Of a DNA stretch of 64,000 bases, positions 1 to 7,461 are shown one piece after another (within the stretch, counting starts at the first letter, position 1; each line of letters starts with the position of its first letter). Below the pieces are notes generated by a model that made no database searches, had not been told where the DNA came from, and was given only the letters and a program-made list of their open reading frames with translations. This stretch comes from Bacteroidales bacterium (lineage in GTDB: Bacteria; Bacteroidota; Bacteroidia; Bacteroidales; ML635J-15), in contig JAGCDJ010000019.1 of NCBI GenBank assembly GCA_017651185.1, positions 265,726-329,725 on the forward strand, read 5' to 3'. A program made the position numbers and the translations under genes.

Positions 1-1374
1 TTCGTGTGTCTGGTTTTGGAGTTTCTTCGAAATTTTCTCAAATTGGAACACACGCGCACCTTTCAATAGTATCGCCTTGCGGTCGAATTCGAACGAAGAA
101 AACGCTTTTAGAAATTGCTCGGTATTTGGGTAGAACCTTGACTTTATCTGGAACAGATCGCGGTTGTGCATTATGGATTTTCCAATACCCACAAACTTGT
201 CAACCTGCTTGGTTTTTAAAAGATTTGCTACTTCCTTGTAAAGTGTTACTTCATCTGTATTGTTTTGCAGGATGTCCGACATTATGAGCACAGATTCGCG
301 GTTAGACTTTTTCTGGTTCAGGTAGTCGAGTGCTATTTCTAGCGAGTTTATATCGGAGTTGTAGCTGTCGTTTATTAGGATACTATTGTTTATTCCATCG
401 AGGGTTTCAAGACGCATCTTGATTCCCGGCAGCGAGCGGAACTGTTTGAAAATCGCCTGACTGTCGAGTTTGTTGAAAAGGTACATCACGCAGAAGCATG
501 TGATGCAGTTCTGGATTGAGCCTTCATCGCCAAACGGTATATTTATCATATAGGTATCGCGCTTGGTCTGCAATATGATGTTGTTTTTGCCGTTCTGGAA
601 ACTCTTTTCGAGCAGGTTGATGGTTCCGTTGCCTTTTTCCGACCAAGTTATTCGGTTGCGACCAATGCCCGAATTGATGATTTTCGAATGCACATATTCG
701 TCATCGCAGTTATAGATTATGGTGTCGCAGTGTTCAAAAAGTTTCAGTTTCTCATCAATTTTCTGTTCGCGCGACTCAAAATTGCTCTGGTGAGCCGTTC
801 CTATGTTGGTAAGGATTCCTATGGTTGGGCGGATAATCTTTTCCAGCGCTTCCATTTCGCCCGGCTGCGAGATTCCTGCTTCGAAGATGGCAAGTTCGGT
901 ATCCTTTTCTAGCAGCCAAACCGACAGAGGAACGCCTATTTGCGAGTTGTAGCTCTTGGGACTTCGAGTGATGCTGAAATAGGGGCTTAGCAGGTAGTGG
1001 AGCCATTCCTTTACGATGGTCTTGCCGTTGCTGCCTGTGATGCCAATTACGGGAATGTTGAATTTGATGCGCTTGTGGGTTGCAATTTTTTGCAGGGCAG
1101 AAAGCGTGTTTTCAACCTTAATGTATGATATTCCGCGCAGTTTGTTTGTGTCGATGTCGCGGCTGACAAGGAATGCCTTTACGCCTGAGCGGTAGATTTC
1201 GTCTATGTAGTTGTGTCCGTCGTGCTGTTCACCGACTACGGCTACGAACAGGCATGATGACGGATTTATGATGTTGCGGCTGTCGGTTACAATTTTTGAA
1301 AATTCAACAGTTTCGTCGCCGACAAGTTTGCCGGAAACAATTTCCGATATTTCCTTTAAACTGAAAGTTTGCAT
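1..1374 (-). CDS. murF: MurF (UDP-MurNAc-tripeptide--D-Ala-D-Ala ligase) portion of a MurF/alanine-racemase fusion; 5' part only, continues past the left edge
   Basis: Missing from the ORF track because it is open at the window edge. I checked codons at 1+3k by hand and found no reverse-strand stop from 1374 to 1. Starts at ATG (complement 1372-1374): MQTFSLKEISEIVSGKLVGDETVEF. Has the Mur-ligase P-loop VIGITGSNGKT. Ends at the edge with ...LLKGARVFQFEKISKKLQNQTHE, which resembles the MurF-Alr junction of Bacteroidetes fusions. Confidence 0.85.
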   Translation of the reverse strand, partial: MQTFSLKEISEIVSGKLVGDETVEFSKIVTDSRNIINPSSCLFVAVVGEQHDGHNYIDEIYRSGVKAFLVSRDIDTNKLRGISYIKVENTLSALQKIATHKRIKFNIPVIGITGSNGKTIVKEWLHYLLSPYFSITRSPKSYNSQIGVPLSVWLLEKDTELAIFEAGISQPGEMEALEKIIRPTIGILTNIGTAHQSNFESREQKIDEKLKLFEHCDTIIYNCDDEYVHSKIINSGIGRNRITWSEKGNGTINLLEKSFQNGKNNIILQTKRDTYMINIPFGDEGSIQNCITCFCVMYLFNKLDSQAIFKQFRSLPGIKMRLETLDGINNSILINDSYNSDINSLEIALDYLNQKKSNRESVLIMSDILQNNTDEVTLYKEVANLLKTKQVDKFVGIGKSIMHNRDLFQIKSRFYPNTEQFLKAFSSFEFDRKAILLKGARVFQFEKISKKLQNQTHE

Positions 1375-1377
1375 TAT

Positions 1378-1971
1378 TTATTGATTGTTTTTGTCGTTTT
1401 CGGTTGCTTCGTTGTAGCATTTTCGGCAAAGCGGTTCGTAAATGTCCTTTTCGCCTAGTAGGACAACGCCCTTGTTTTGTGACTTGCGGTAACTGTATTG
1501 TGCAAGTTCGCCACAATGTGTGCAGATGGCGTGTACCTTGGTGACATCTTCGGCAATGGCGAAAAGTGCGGGCATAGGTCCGAATGGACGACCCATAAAG
1601 TCCATGTCGAGACCTGCTACAATTACGCGTACTCCGTTGTTTGCCAGTGTGGTACATACGTCAACAATGCCGTTGTCGAAGAATTGAGCCTCGTCGATGC
1701 CTACGACATCGACATCGGTGGCGAGAAGCAGAATGTTTGATGACGAGGAAACAGGAGTGGAGCGGATAGCGTTGGCGTTGTGTGAAACGACATCTTCTTC
1801 CGAGTAGCGAACATCGATGCTCGGCTTGAAGATTTCGACTTTCTGCTTTGCAAATTCGGCGCGGCGCAGACGGCGTATGAGTTCTTCGGTCTTGCCCGAA
1901 AACATTGAGCCAGCGATGACTTCTATCCATCCGGTCTTCTGGTTAGCTTTTCTCGTCCTTTCAAGAAACAT
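1378..1971 (-). CDS. tdk: thymidine kinase
   Basis: 197 aa with P-loop [11 protein letters not shown] and C-terminal Zn-ribbon cysteines (CTHCG...CRKC). Its stop is 3 nt from the murF start, suggesting an operon. Confidence 0.95.
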   Translation of the reverse strand: MFLERTRKANQKTGWIEVIAGSMFSGKTEELIRRLRRAEFAKQKVEIFKPSIDVRYSEEDVVSHNANAIRSTPVSSSSNILLLATDVDVVGIDEAQFFDNGIVDVCTTLANNGVRVIVAGLDMDFMGRPFGPMPALFAIAEDVTKVHAICTHCGELAQYSYRKSQNKGVVLLGEKDIYEPLCRKCYNEATENDKNNQ

Positions 1972-2125
1972 TGTGAAAAATTTTCCCCAAAAATAAGAAT
2001 AATTGATTTGCTATCCCACGCTGATTTGAAATAATAAGTAACAAAAATTTTAACAGGTGAGAAAGGGGGAAGAATAGGTGTAATTGAGTTAAATATACAA
2101 TAGTTGTTTGATGTAGAAAATCAAG

Positions 2126-2192
2126 ATTACGCCAAAAACCATTTCATATTTTGGCGTAAAGTGGCATTGACATATGAGATTGCGCCAAGATG
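2126..2192. repeat. 67-nt direct repeat, copy A (just 3' of the AAA+ ATPase gene)
   Basis: Hand alignment with 3657-3723 is ungapped with 57/67 identical positions. Contains TTACGCCAAAA / TTTTGGCGTAA inverted boxes and ATTGCGCCAAGATG. Confidence 0.8.
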
Positions 2193-3614
2193 CTATGCAA
2201 ATAGGTCGTCAAGAGTTACGACTTTCTGCAGTCGGCGTGAGTATAGGTTGTCTTGTAGTCCAGCAGCGGCTATCATTGTGAGCATTAACGATTTTCTTGT
2301 GCCAGTAGTCTTTCTAAATGTCTCTATTTTGTTGTGCAAGATGTTGTCGTAATCTTTTGTAATCTCAAATTCGTGGCGGGTATATTTCATTTCACAGATA
2401 TTTATTGTCTTATCAGCACGATCGATAAGCAAGTCAATCTGAGATCCTTTGCTTGTAGAGTCTCCTGTAAAACTCCAACTACAAGGTGTATTGCGTATGC
2501 CACTTATGCCTAATGCAGACAATATCATGTCAATGTGATGCAGACACAATATCTCGAAAGCATATCCGCACCAATTGGCGTATGATGGAGTTTCCTGCAT
2601 TTTTATCCAATATTGCCGTTGTGCAGAACTTTTGTCCTTCATATATTTAAAGTAGAACAAGGAGAATTGGTCAATAAGTTGATAAAGAGCATCTTTCTTT
2701 GTTTTGCCAAATGGTGTATAACTGCGGATGAACTCGCATTGTTCAAGTTCGCGTAGAGTAGTGGTGAAATTTCCGTTGTTTACGCTGCCGGTAGCTTTTA
2801 GTAGTTGTAGTCGCGTCATTCCCATTCCTTTAGAAGCAAGTGCGTTTACTATGGCAATGTGGTTGTTTGCCCGTTTGAACAATGAGGAATATAGGTTGTC
2901 AAACTCCATTGCAAGTTCGGCGCCACGCGAAAAACATAGAGCATCAATGTTTTGTGCTACGCTTTTGTCTTGTTCAAACAGAGTGAGATAGTATGGTATT
3001 CCGCCCATAGCCATGTAGCATTCGGCAATTTCTTCGCGCTCGTATCCGAATCCGTTGGTTTTGAAAAAACTTTCGCATTCGCGAAGCTTAAAAGGAGAAA
3101 CAAGTATCTGATGGGTAACTCTATTGTGAAGTCCGCCTCGGTTATTGATAATTTTGTTCAGTATCCACGATGTGGAAGAACCGCATACAATCAACTTTAT
3201 ATCAGTTCGGTACGATGCCCAACTATTCCAAAAGTGTTCCAGTGCGCTGACAAATCCGCTTCCTTTTCCATCCATCCATGGCATTTCGTCGATGAATATT
3301 ATTTTTGTGCATTTGTCAAGGCTGTCAAGATATTTTTCAAGCATTTGGAATGCGGAAAGCCAGTCCTTTGGAATGTCTGGACAATCGCAGTACCTTTGCA
3401 TAGCTAGCTGGAAGTTTTTTAGTTGTTCCTTGTTTGTAACATTTGCCATGCCTGTGATAGAGAATGCGAAATTCTGACCTAGTACTTGTTTTATCAGAAA
3501 TGTCTTTCCGACTCTGCGTCTGCCATATACGGCAATAAATTCCGACTTGTCCGAAGCTACGTATTGTAACAGACGTTTTTTTTCTGCTTCCCTCCCTATT
3601 AAAGTCTCTTTCAT
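2193..3614 (-). CDS. AAA+ ATPase (Arch_ATPase/ATPase_2-like) with C-terminal DUF234-type PD-(D/E)xK-like nuclease module
   Basis: Walker A VYGRRRVGKTF, Walker B IIFIDEMPWM, and C-terminal IDLLIDRADKTINICEMKY (D...E-x-K). I moved the start to the internal ATG (MKETLIGRE) because a TAACTTTG -7 box lies inside the longer track ORF. Confidence 0.8.
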   Translation of the reverse strand: MKETLIGREAEKKRLLQYVASDKSEFIAVYGRRRVGKTFLIKQVLGQNFAFSITGMANVTNKEQLKNFQLAMQRYCDCPDIPKDWLSAFQMLEKYLDSLDKCTKIIFIDEMPWMDGKGSGFVSALEHFWNSWASYRTDIKLIVCGSSTSWILNKIINNRGGLHNRVTHQILVSPFKLRECESFFKTNGFGYEREEIAECYMAMGGIPYYLTLFEQDKSVAQNIDALCFSRGAELAMEFDNLYSSLFKRANNHIAIVNALASKGMGMTRLQLLKATGSVNNGNFTTTLRELEQCEFIRSYTPFGKTKKDALYQLIDQFSLFYFKYMKDKSSAQRQYWIKMQETPSYANWCGYAFEILCLHHIDMILSALGISGIRNTPCSWSFTGDSTSKGSQIDLLIDRADKTINICEMKYTRHEFEITKDYDNILHNKIETFRKTTGTRKSLMLTMIAAAGLQDNLYSRRLQKVVTLDDLFA

Positions 3615-3635
3615 GTTGTGTTGTGTTTTGTGGCG

Positions 3636-3643
3636 CAAAGTTA
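3636..3643 (-). promoter_or_regulatory. Bacteroidetes -7 promoter box (TAACTTTG) for the AAA+ ATPase gene
   Basis: Plus-strand caaagtta reads TAACTTTG on the minus strand and matches the TAnnTTTG consensus. It sits 22 nt upstream of the ATG at 3614. Confidence 0.5.
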
Positions 3644-3656
3644 TAAAAAGTTTTAT

Positions 3657-3723
3657 ATTGCGCCAAGAACTATTTTATATTTTGGCGTAAAGTGATATGA
3701 ATATATAAGATTGCGCCAAGATG
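3657..3723. repeat. 67-nt direct repeat, copy B (just 5' of the AAA+ ATPase promoter)
   Basis: See copy A. Same order of boxes: ATTGCGCCAAGAAC, TTTTGGCGTAAAGTG, GATTGCGCCAAGATG. Confidence 0.8.
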
Positions 3724-3856
3724 AAGCAAGTTGCTTTTTTTGAATTATAAAACTTTATAACTGTTTAAAACCAGAAAATACAAGTAGCAGATGAACTTTT
3801 GCGGAAAATCTAACCTAATGTTTGTGGTGTGTTGCCATTGTTTCAAATATTTTTTC

Positions 3857-3864
3857 TAATTTTG
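3857..3864 (+). promoter_or_regulatory. -7 promoter box (TAATTTTG) for the DUF3791/DUF3990 triad
   Basis: Matches TAnnTTTG, 35 nt upstream of the ATG at 3899. Confidence 0.45.
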
Positions 3865-3898
3865 GCGGTGTAAAAATAAAATTGGTATTAATTGTATT

Positions 3899-4117
3899 AT
3901 GGACATTCGCGACAAGATAGAATACCTTGTGATTTTCATAGGAGAATTTGCTAGGCATCACAACATTAATGTTCGTGATACTTACCTGTATTTGCGAAAA
4001 TACAAGGCTTTGGATTTCTTGGAACAGCAGTACGATGTTGCCCATACTATGGGATTCCGTTATATGGTTGATGCAATGACAGATTACTGTAAACGAAACG
4101 GAGGATATTTGTCATGA
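3899..4117 (+). CDS. small DUF3791-like protein (triad 1, gene 1)
   Basis: 72 aa. Its stop overlaps the next start in an ATGA (4114-4117). It follows the same pattern as the 74-aa ORF at 20788-21012 (..KY..L.YLE...D..HT). Confidence 0.7.
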   Translation: MDIRDKIEYLVIFIGEFARHHNINVRDTYLYLRKYKALDFLEQQYDVAHTMGFRYMVDAMTDYCKRNGGYLS

Positions 4118-4590
4118 AGCTATATCACGGCACATACATAGATTTCGATACAATTGATCTCTCAATGTCAAACAAAGGCAAAGATTTTGGCAAGGGTTTC
4201 TATTTGTCTGACAATTATGAACAGGCTTTTCAATTAGCAACATTCAAGGCGATACAATTTAATGGAGAACCTAATGTCTTGACTTTTGATTTTGACGAAA
4301 CGGCCTTGACCAATGGAGAGTTGTCGTTTATGAAATTTGACGAGTATAGCCGCGAATGGGCTGACTTCATATTGAAAAACAGGCAGAACGAAATAGATGA
4401 GAATATTCATAGGTATGATGTAGTTTATGGTCCTATTGCCAATGACAAGGTCGGAGTTCAAATCCGCAACCTGATTGAGCAAAACATTGATATGAATCTG
4501 TTTTTGGAGCGACTTAAATATATGCACGGCATTACTTTCCAATATTTTTTCGGTACGGAAAAAGCAATTTCAAAACTTGTTAAGCTATGA
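4114..4590 (+). CDS. DUF3990-like protein (triad 1, gene 2); possible ADP-ribosyltransferase-fold enzyme
   Basis: 158 aa with MKLYHGT, FGKGFYLS, YEQA, EWADFIL and DVVYGPIANDKV. These are shared with the 161-aa ORF at 20306-20791. Confidence 0.7.
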   Translation: MKLYHGTYIDFDTIDLSMSNKGKDFGKGFYLSDNYEQAFQLATFKAIQFNGEPNVLTFDFDETALTNGELSFMKFDEYSREWADFILKNRQNEIDENIHRYDVVYGPIANDKVGVQIRNLIEQNIDMNLFLERLKYMHGITFQYFFGTEKAISKLVKL

Positions 4591-4802
4591 GCAATTTCGA
4601 ATATATGAACGAATGCACTGCAAGAGATGTAATTGCAATGTTGGTTAGAAAACAGAATATGCCCATATCAGACGCTATGGATTTGTTTTACAATTCCAAA
4701 ACCTTTGAAAACTTGAATAATCCGGAAACGGGTCTTTATTTTCAAAGTCCCGTTTACATTTACGATATATTAGAACAAGAATTAAAAACGAAAAAACAAT
4801 AA
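4587..4802 (+). CDS. small DUF3791-like protein (triad 1, gene 3)
   Basis: 71 aa. Its start overlaps the previous stop in an ATGA (4587-4590). Resembles the 75-aa ORF at 20082-20309 (ISDA...Y.S.TY..L). Confidence 0.65.
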   Translation: MSNFEYMNECTARDVIAMLVRKQNMPISDAMDLFYNSKTFENLNNPETGLYFQSPVYIYDILEQELKTKKQ

Positions 4803-4863
4803 TGTAGAGATTTAAAACATATTATTAACCAAAGCATTAGCTATTATTCGCATTTAAATCAAA

Positions 4864-5040
4864 AGCGTCGGAAACTGATGATTGAAAATATCGGATAAAG
4901 CAATTTCACGGAAGCCAAGGTTCCGTATGTATCAGGTAAAGTTAATGTTCACACCATGGTGTGGGCTTGACTACTGATACTGCGGGGTTCATCCGACGCT
5001 CCTCGTGAATGCGATAGAAAGGCTCGCACCTTTCTTTTGT
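4864..5040 (+). ncRNA. candidate structured RNA or leader (unassigned family) ending in a terminator-like hairpin
   Basis: The ORF track lists no ORF in 4803-5083. A 9-bp closing helix AGCGTCGGA (4864-4872) / TCCGACGCT (4992-5000) encloses three elements: hairpin ACGGAA-GCCAAGG-TTCCGT (4908-4926), helix GTATCAG (4929-4935) / CTGATAC (4974-4980), and the palindrome CACACCATGGTGTG (4950-4963). It is followed by AGAAAGG-CTCGCA-CCTTTCT + TTTGT (5016-5040). Confidence 0.4.
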
Positions 5041-5049
5041 CCCGATAAG

Positions 5050-5081
5050 TGATTGATAGCATTGCAAAAAACTATCAATCA
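5050..5081. promoter_or_regulatory. 10-bp perfect inverted repeat immediately upstream of the methyltransferase start codon
   Basis: TGATTGATAG (5050-5059) and CTATCAATCA (5072-5081) are separated by 12 nt, and the ATG is at 5084. This could be an operator or a start-occluding hairpin. Confidence 0.4.
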
Positions 5082-5083
5082 AG

Positions 5084-6115
5084 ATGGCAGGAAATAAAAG
5101 TTTACATGCCGCCAGTAAGGCAAAGGAAGATGAATTTTATACTGAACTTTCAGACATTGAAAACGAATTAAAACACTATAAAGAACATTTTAGAGGGAAA
5201 ATAATTCTATGCAACTGTGACGATCCGAGAGTAAGCAATTTCTTCCATTATTTCAGTTATAATTTTGAAGTTCTTGGATTAAAGAAACTGATTACAACTT
5301 GTTACAAGAGCCAAAATCGCGACCTTTTCAGTCAAAATGATTCCGAAAAGGCAATATGGTTGGAGTATTTTGGAGATCGCAATGGTAATCGCGTTCCCGA
5401 CCCCGAAGAAATTGGCATACATTATCTTAATGGCGATGGTGATTTTCGTTCAGCGGAATGTATAGAATTGCTAAAAGAAGCCGATATTGTAGTTACCAAT
5501 CCTCCATTCTCGTTATTTAGGGAATATGTGGCGCAACTGATTAAATATGACAAGAAATTTATAATATTAGGCAATCAAAATGCAATAACATATAAAGAGA
5601 TTTTTGCATATATAAAGACAAATCAATTATGGTTAGGTAGTACATTGTCTTTTGCAAAATTTAAAGTACCAGATTACTATGAAGCGCGAGCGACAAGATT
5701 TTGGATTGACGAGTCTGGACAAAAGTGGCGAAGCATGGGAAATATCTGCTGGTTTACAAATCTAGATATAGCCAAACGACATGAGGAAATAATTCTTTAT
5801 AAGTCTTATACCTCAGAAGAATATCCAAAATATGATAATTATAATGCAATAAACATTAATAAAGTGTCTGAAATACCAATGGATTATTATGGTGTAATGG
5901 GTGTTCCTATTACTTTTTTGGACAAATACAACCCAGATCAATTCGAAATTGTTGGAGATAGCCGATATCACGATGGACAAAGCGAAGCGGACGACATTAA
6001 TATAATCGGTGGAAAATTGTTATACAGGCGTATCCTTATCCGCCGCAGACAAAATCCATACGGACAATCCGAATCGCAAATGTCAATGGCGGCTGACAAG
6101 GGTGTGGAAATTTAA
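5084..6115 (+). CDS. EcoRI-family N6-adenine DNA methyltransferase
   Basis: 343 aa. The N-terminus AKEDEFYTELSDIENELKHYKEHFRGKIILCNCDDP and the catalytic VVTNPPFSLFREYV (NPPF) are as I recall for the EcoRI_methylase family. Confidence 0.8.
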   Translation: MAGNKSLHAASKAKEDEFYTELSDIENELKHYKEHFRGKIILCNCDDPRVSNFFHYFSYNFEVLGLKKLITTCYKSQNRDLFSQNDSEKAIWLEYFGDRNGNRVPDPEEIGIHYLNGDGDFRSAECIELLKEADIVVTNPPFSLFREYVAQLIKYDKKFIILGNQNAITYKEIFAYIKTNQLWLGSTLSFAKFKVPDYYEARATRFWIDESGQKWRSMGNICWFTNLDIAKRHEEIILYKSYTSEEYPKYDNYNAININKVSEIPMDYYGVMGVPITFLDKYNPDQFEIVGDSRYHDGQSEADDINIIGGKLLYRRILIRRRQNPYGQSESQMSMAADKGVEI

Positions 6116-6202
6116 AATGGTAAATTATATTATTCCCAAAATTGTAAAAATAGGAATAAAACAATTATAAAATAACATTGATAACAATAAAATAGGAACA
6201 AT

Positions 6203-7285
6203 ATGCAAATCGAACTACACAAAATTTCAGTCCGCGACCTTACAAACGGCTATACCGACAATGCTGAAAAAGGTGTGACCGCATACGGTGGAAAACTGGA
6301 TGTACGCCCACCGTACCAACGCGAATTCGTATATGGCGAAAAACAGCGCAATGCTGTGATTGATACTCTTATGCAAGGTTTTCCTTTAAATGTAATGTAC
6401 TGGGCAACCCGCGAGGATGGCACCTACGAAATCATTGACGGTCAACAGCGTACAATCAGCATTTGCCAGTATGTGAGCGGAGATTTTGCCTTCGATATGC
6501 GCTATTTCCACAATTTGGAGAAAGATGAAAGGGAGCAAATTCTAAACTATGAACTGCAAATCTACATTTGCACTGGCACCGACAGCGAAAAACTGAAATG
6601 GTTCAAGACAATAAACATTGCAGGCGAGAAACTTACCGACCAGGAACTGCGCAACGCAGTATATGCCGGTTCGTGGGTAAGCGATGCCAAGCGGTATTTC
6701 AGCAAAAACGGCGCACCAGCCACAAAAATAGGTAGCGACTATCTGTCTGGGTCTGCAATTCGTCAAGAATATTTGGAAACGGCGATATCTTGGATTTCAA
6801 AGGGCAACATTGAAATTTATATGGGCAACCATCAGCACGACCCCAACGCCATTGCACTATGGAACCATTTCAACAGCGTAATTAACTGGGTAAAAGCAAT
6901 ATTCCCGAAGTACCGCAAGGAAATGAAAGGTGTAGAATGGGGAAATTTGTACGAACTGTATAGCAAGGATACTTGGGATGCTTCCGAAATGGAGAAAGAG
7001 GTTGCGCGACTAATGGCCGACAGCGATGTGAAAAAGAAAAAAGGCATCTACTCCTATGTTTTCGACCACGACGAACACCATCTGGACATTCGTGCATTCG
7101 ATGACAACACCAAACGTGAAGTTTATGAGAAACAAGGCGGTTATTGCAAAGTCTGCGGCAAAATCTTCAAAATAGAAGAAATGGAGGCCGACCACATAAC
7201 TCCGTGGAGCAAAGGCGGTCACACAGTTGCCGAAAACTGCCAGATGCTATGCAAGGAATGTAATAGACGTAAAAGCGGAAAATAA
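6203..7285 (+). CDS. DUF262 (ParB/Srx-like, DGQQR) domain fused to a C-terminal HNH endonuclease
   Basis: 360 aa with IIDGQQRTISI near the N-terminus. The C-terminus CKVCGK...EADHITPWSKGGHTVAENCQMLCKECNRRK is a CxxC...H-N-H...CxxC pattern. Confidence 0.8.
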   Translation: MQIELHKISVRDLTNGYTDNAEKGVTAYGGKLDVRPPYQREFVYGEKQRNAVIDTLMQGFPLNVMYWATREDGTYEIIDGQQRTISICQYVSGDFAFDMRYFHNLEKDEREQILNYELQIYICTGTDSEKLKWFKTINIAGEKLTDQELRNAVYAGSWVSDAKRYFSKNGAPATKIGSDYLSGSAIRQEYLETAISWISKGNIEIYMGNHQHDPNAIALWNHFNSVINWVKAIFPKYRKEMKGVEWGNLYELYSKDTWDASEMEKEVARLMADSDVKKKKGIYSYVFDHDEHHLDIRAFDDNTKREVYEKQGGYCKVCGKIFKIEEMEADHITPWSKGGHTVAENCQMLCKECNRRKSGK

Positions 7286-7301
7286 GGATAATTGAAAAAA
7301 A

Positions 7302-7342
7302 GGCGTCAGCCATTGAAACAGGCGATATCCTACAGAACGGCG
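7302..7342. repeat. 41-nt direct repeat, copy 1 (REP-like intergenic element)
   Basis: GGCGTCAGCCATTGAAACAGGCGATATCCTACAGAACGGCG. Differs at one position from 7462-7502. Confidence 0.85.
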
Positions 7343-7461
7343 TACTTCGGCTGTGCTCACTTCGACTTCGCTCAGCGCATCGCAGCACAAGTAGTCCTCA
7401 AGGAGTTAAACCAGAAACCAAGAAACGGGCGAAGCCCTTCAAACAACATAAACTAAGAAAC

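Noticed and set aside
6-1006. Track ORFs 6-287(+), 688-912(+) and 776-1006(-) at the left edge
   Set aside because: They lie inside or opposite a 1374-nt uninterrupted minus-strand frame that encodes a clear MurF-type ligase (P-loop GITGSNGKT). Their translations have no motifs and are Cys/Arg-rich shadow ORFs.
4875-4890. Hammerhead-ribozyme-like string CTGATGA..GAAA inside the candidate RNA
   Set aside because: Only 2 nt separate CUGAUGA from GAAA, so there is no stem II. An alternative stem II (TGAAA/TTTCA) is followed by GGAAG rather than the required GAAA.
4900-5000. SRP-RNA-like GGAAGCCAAGG and a tRNA T-loop-like GGTTCATCC
   Set aside because: The hairpin lacks the conserved helix-8 AGCAG/GGAA loop arrangement. 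The putative T-arm forms only 3 bp, and no acceptor or anticodon arms can be drawn.
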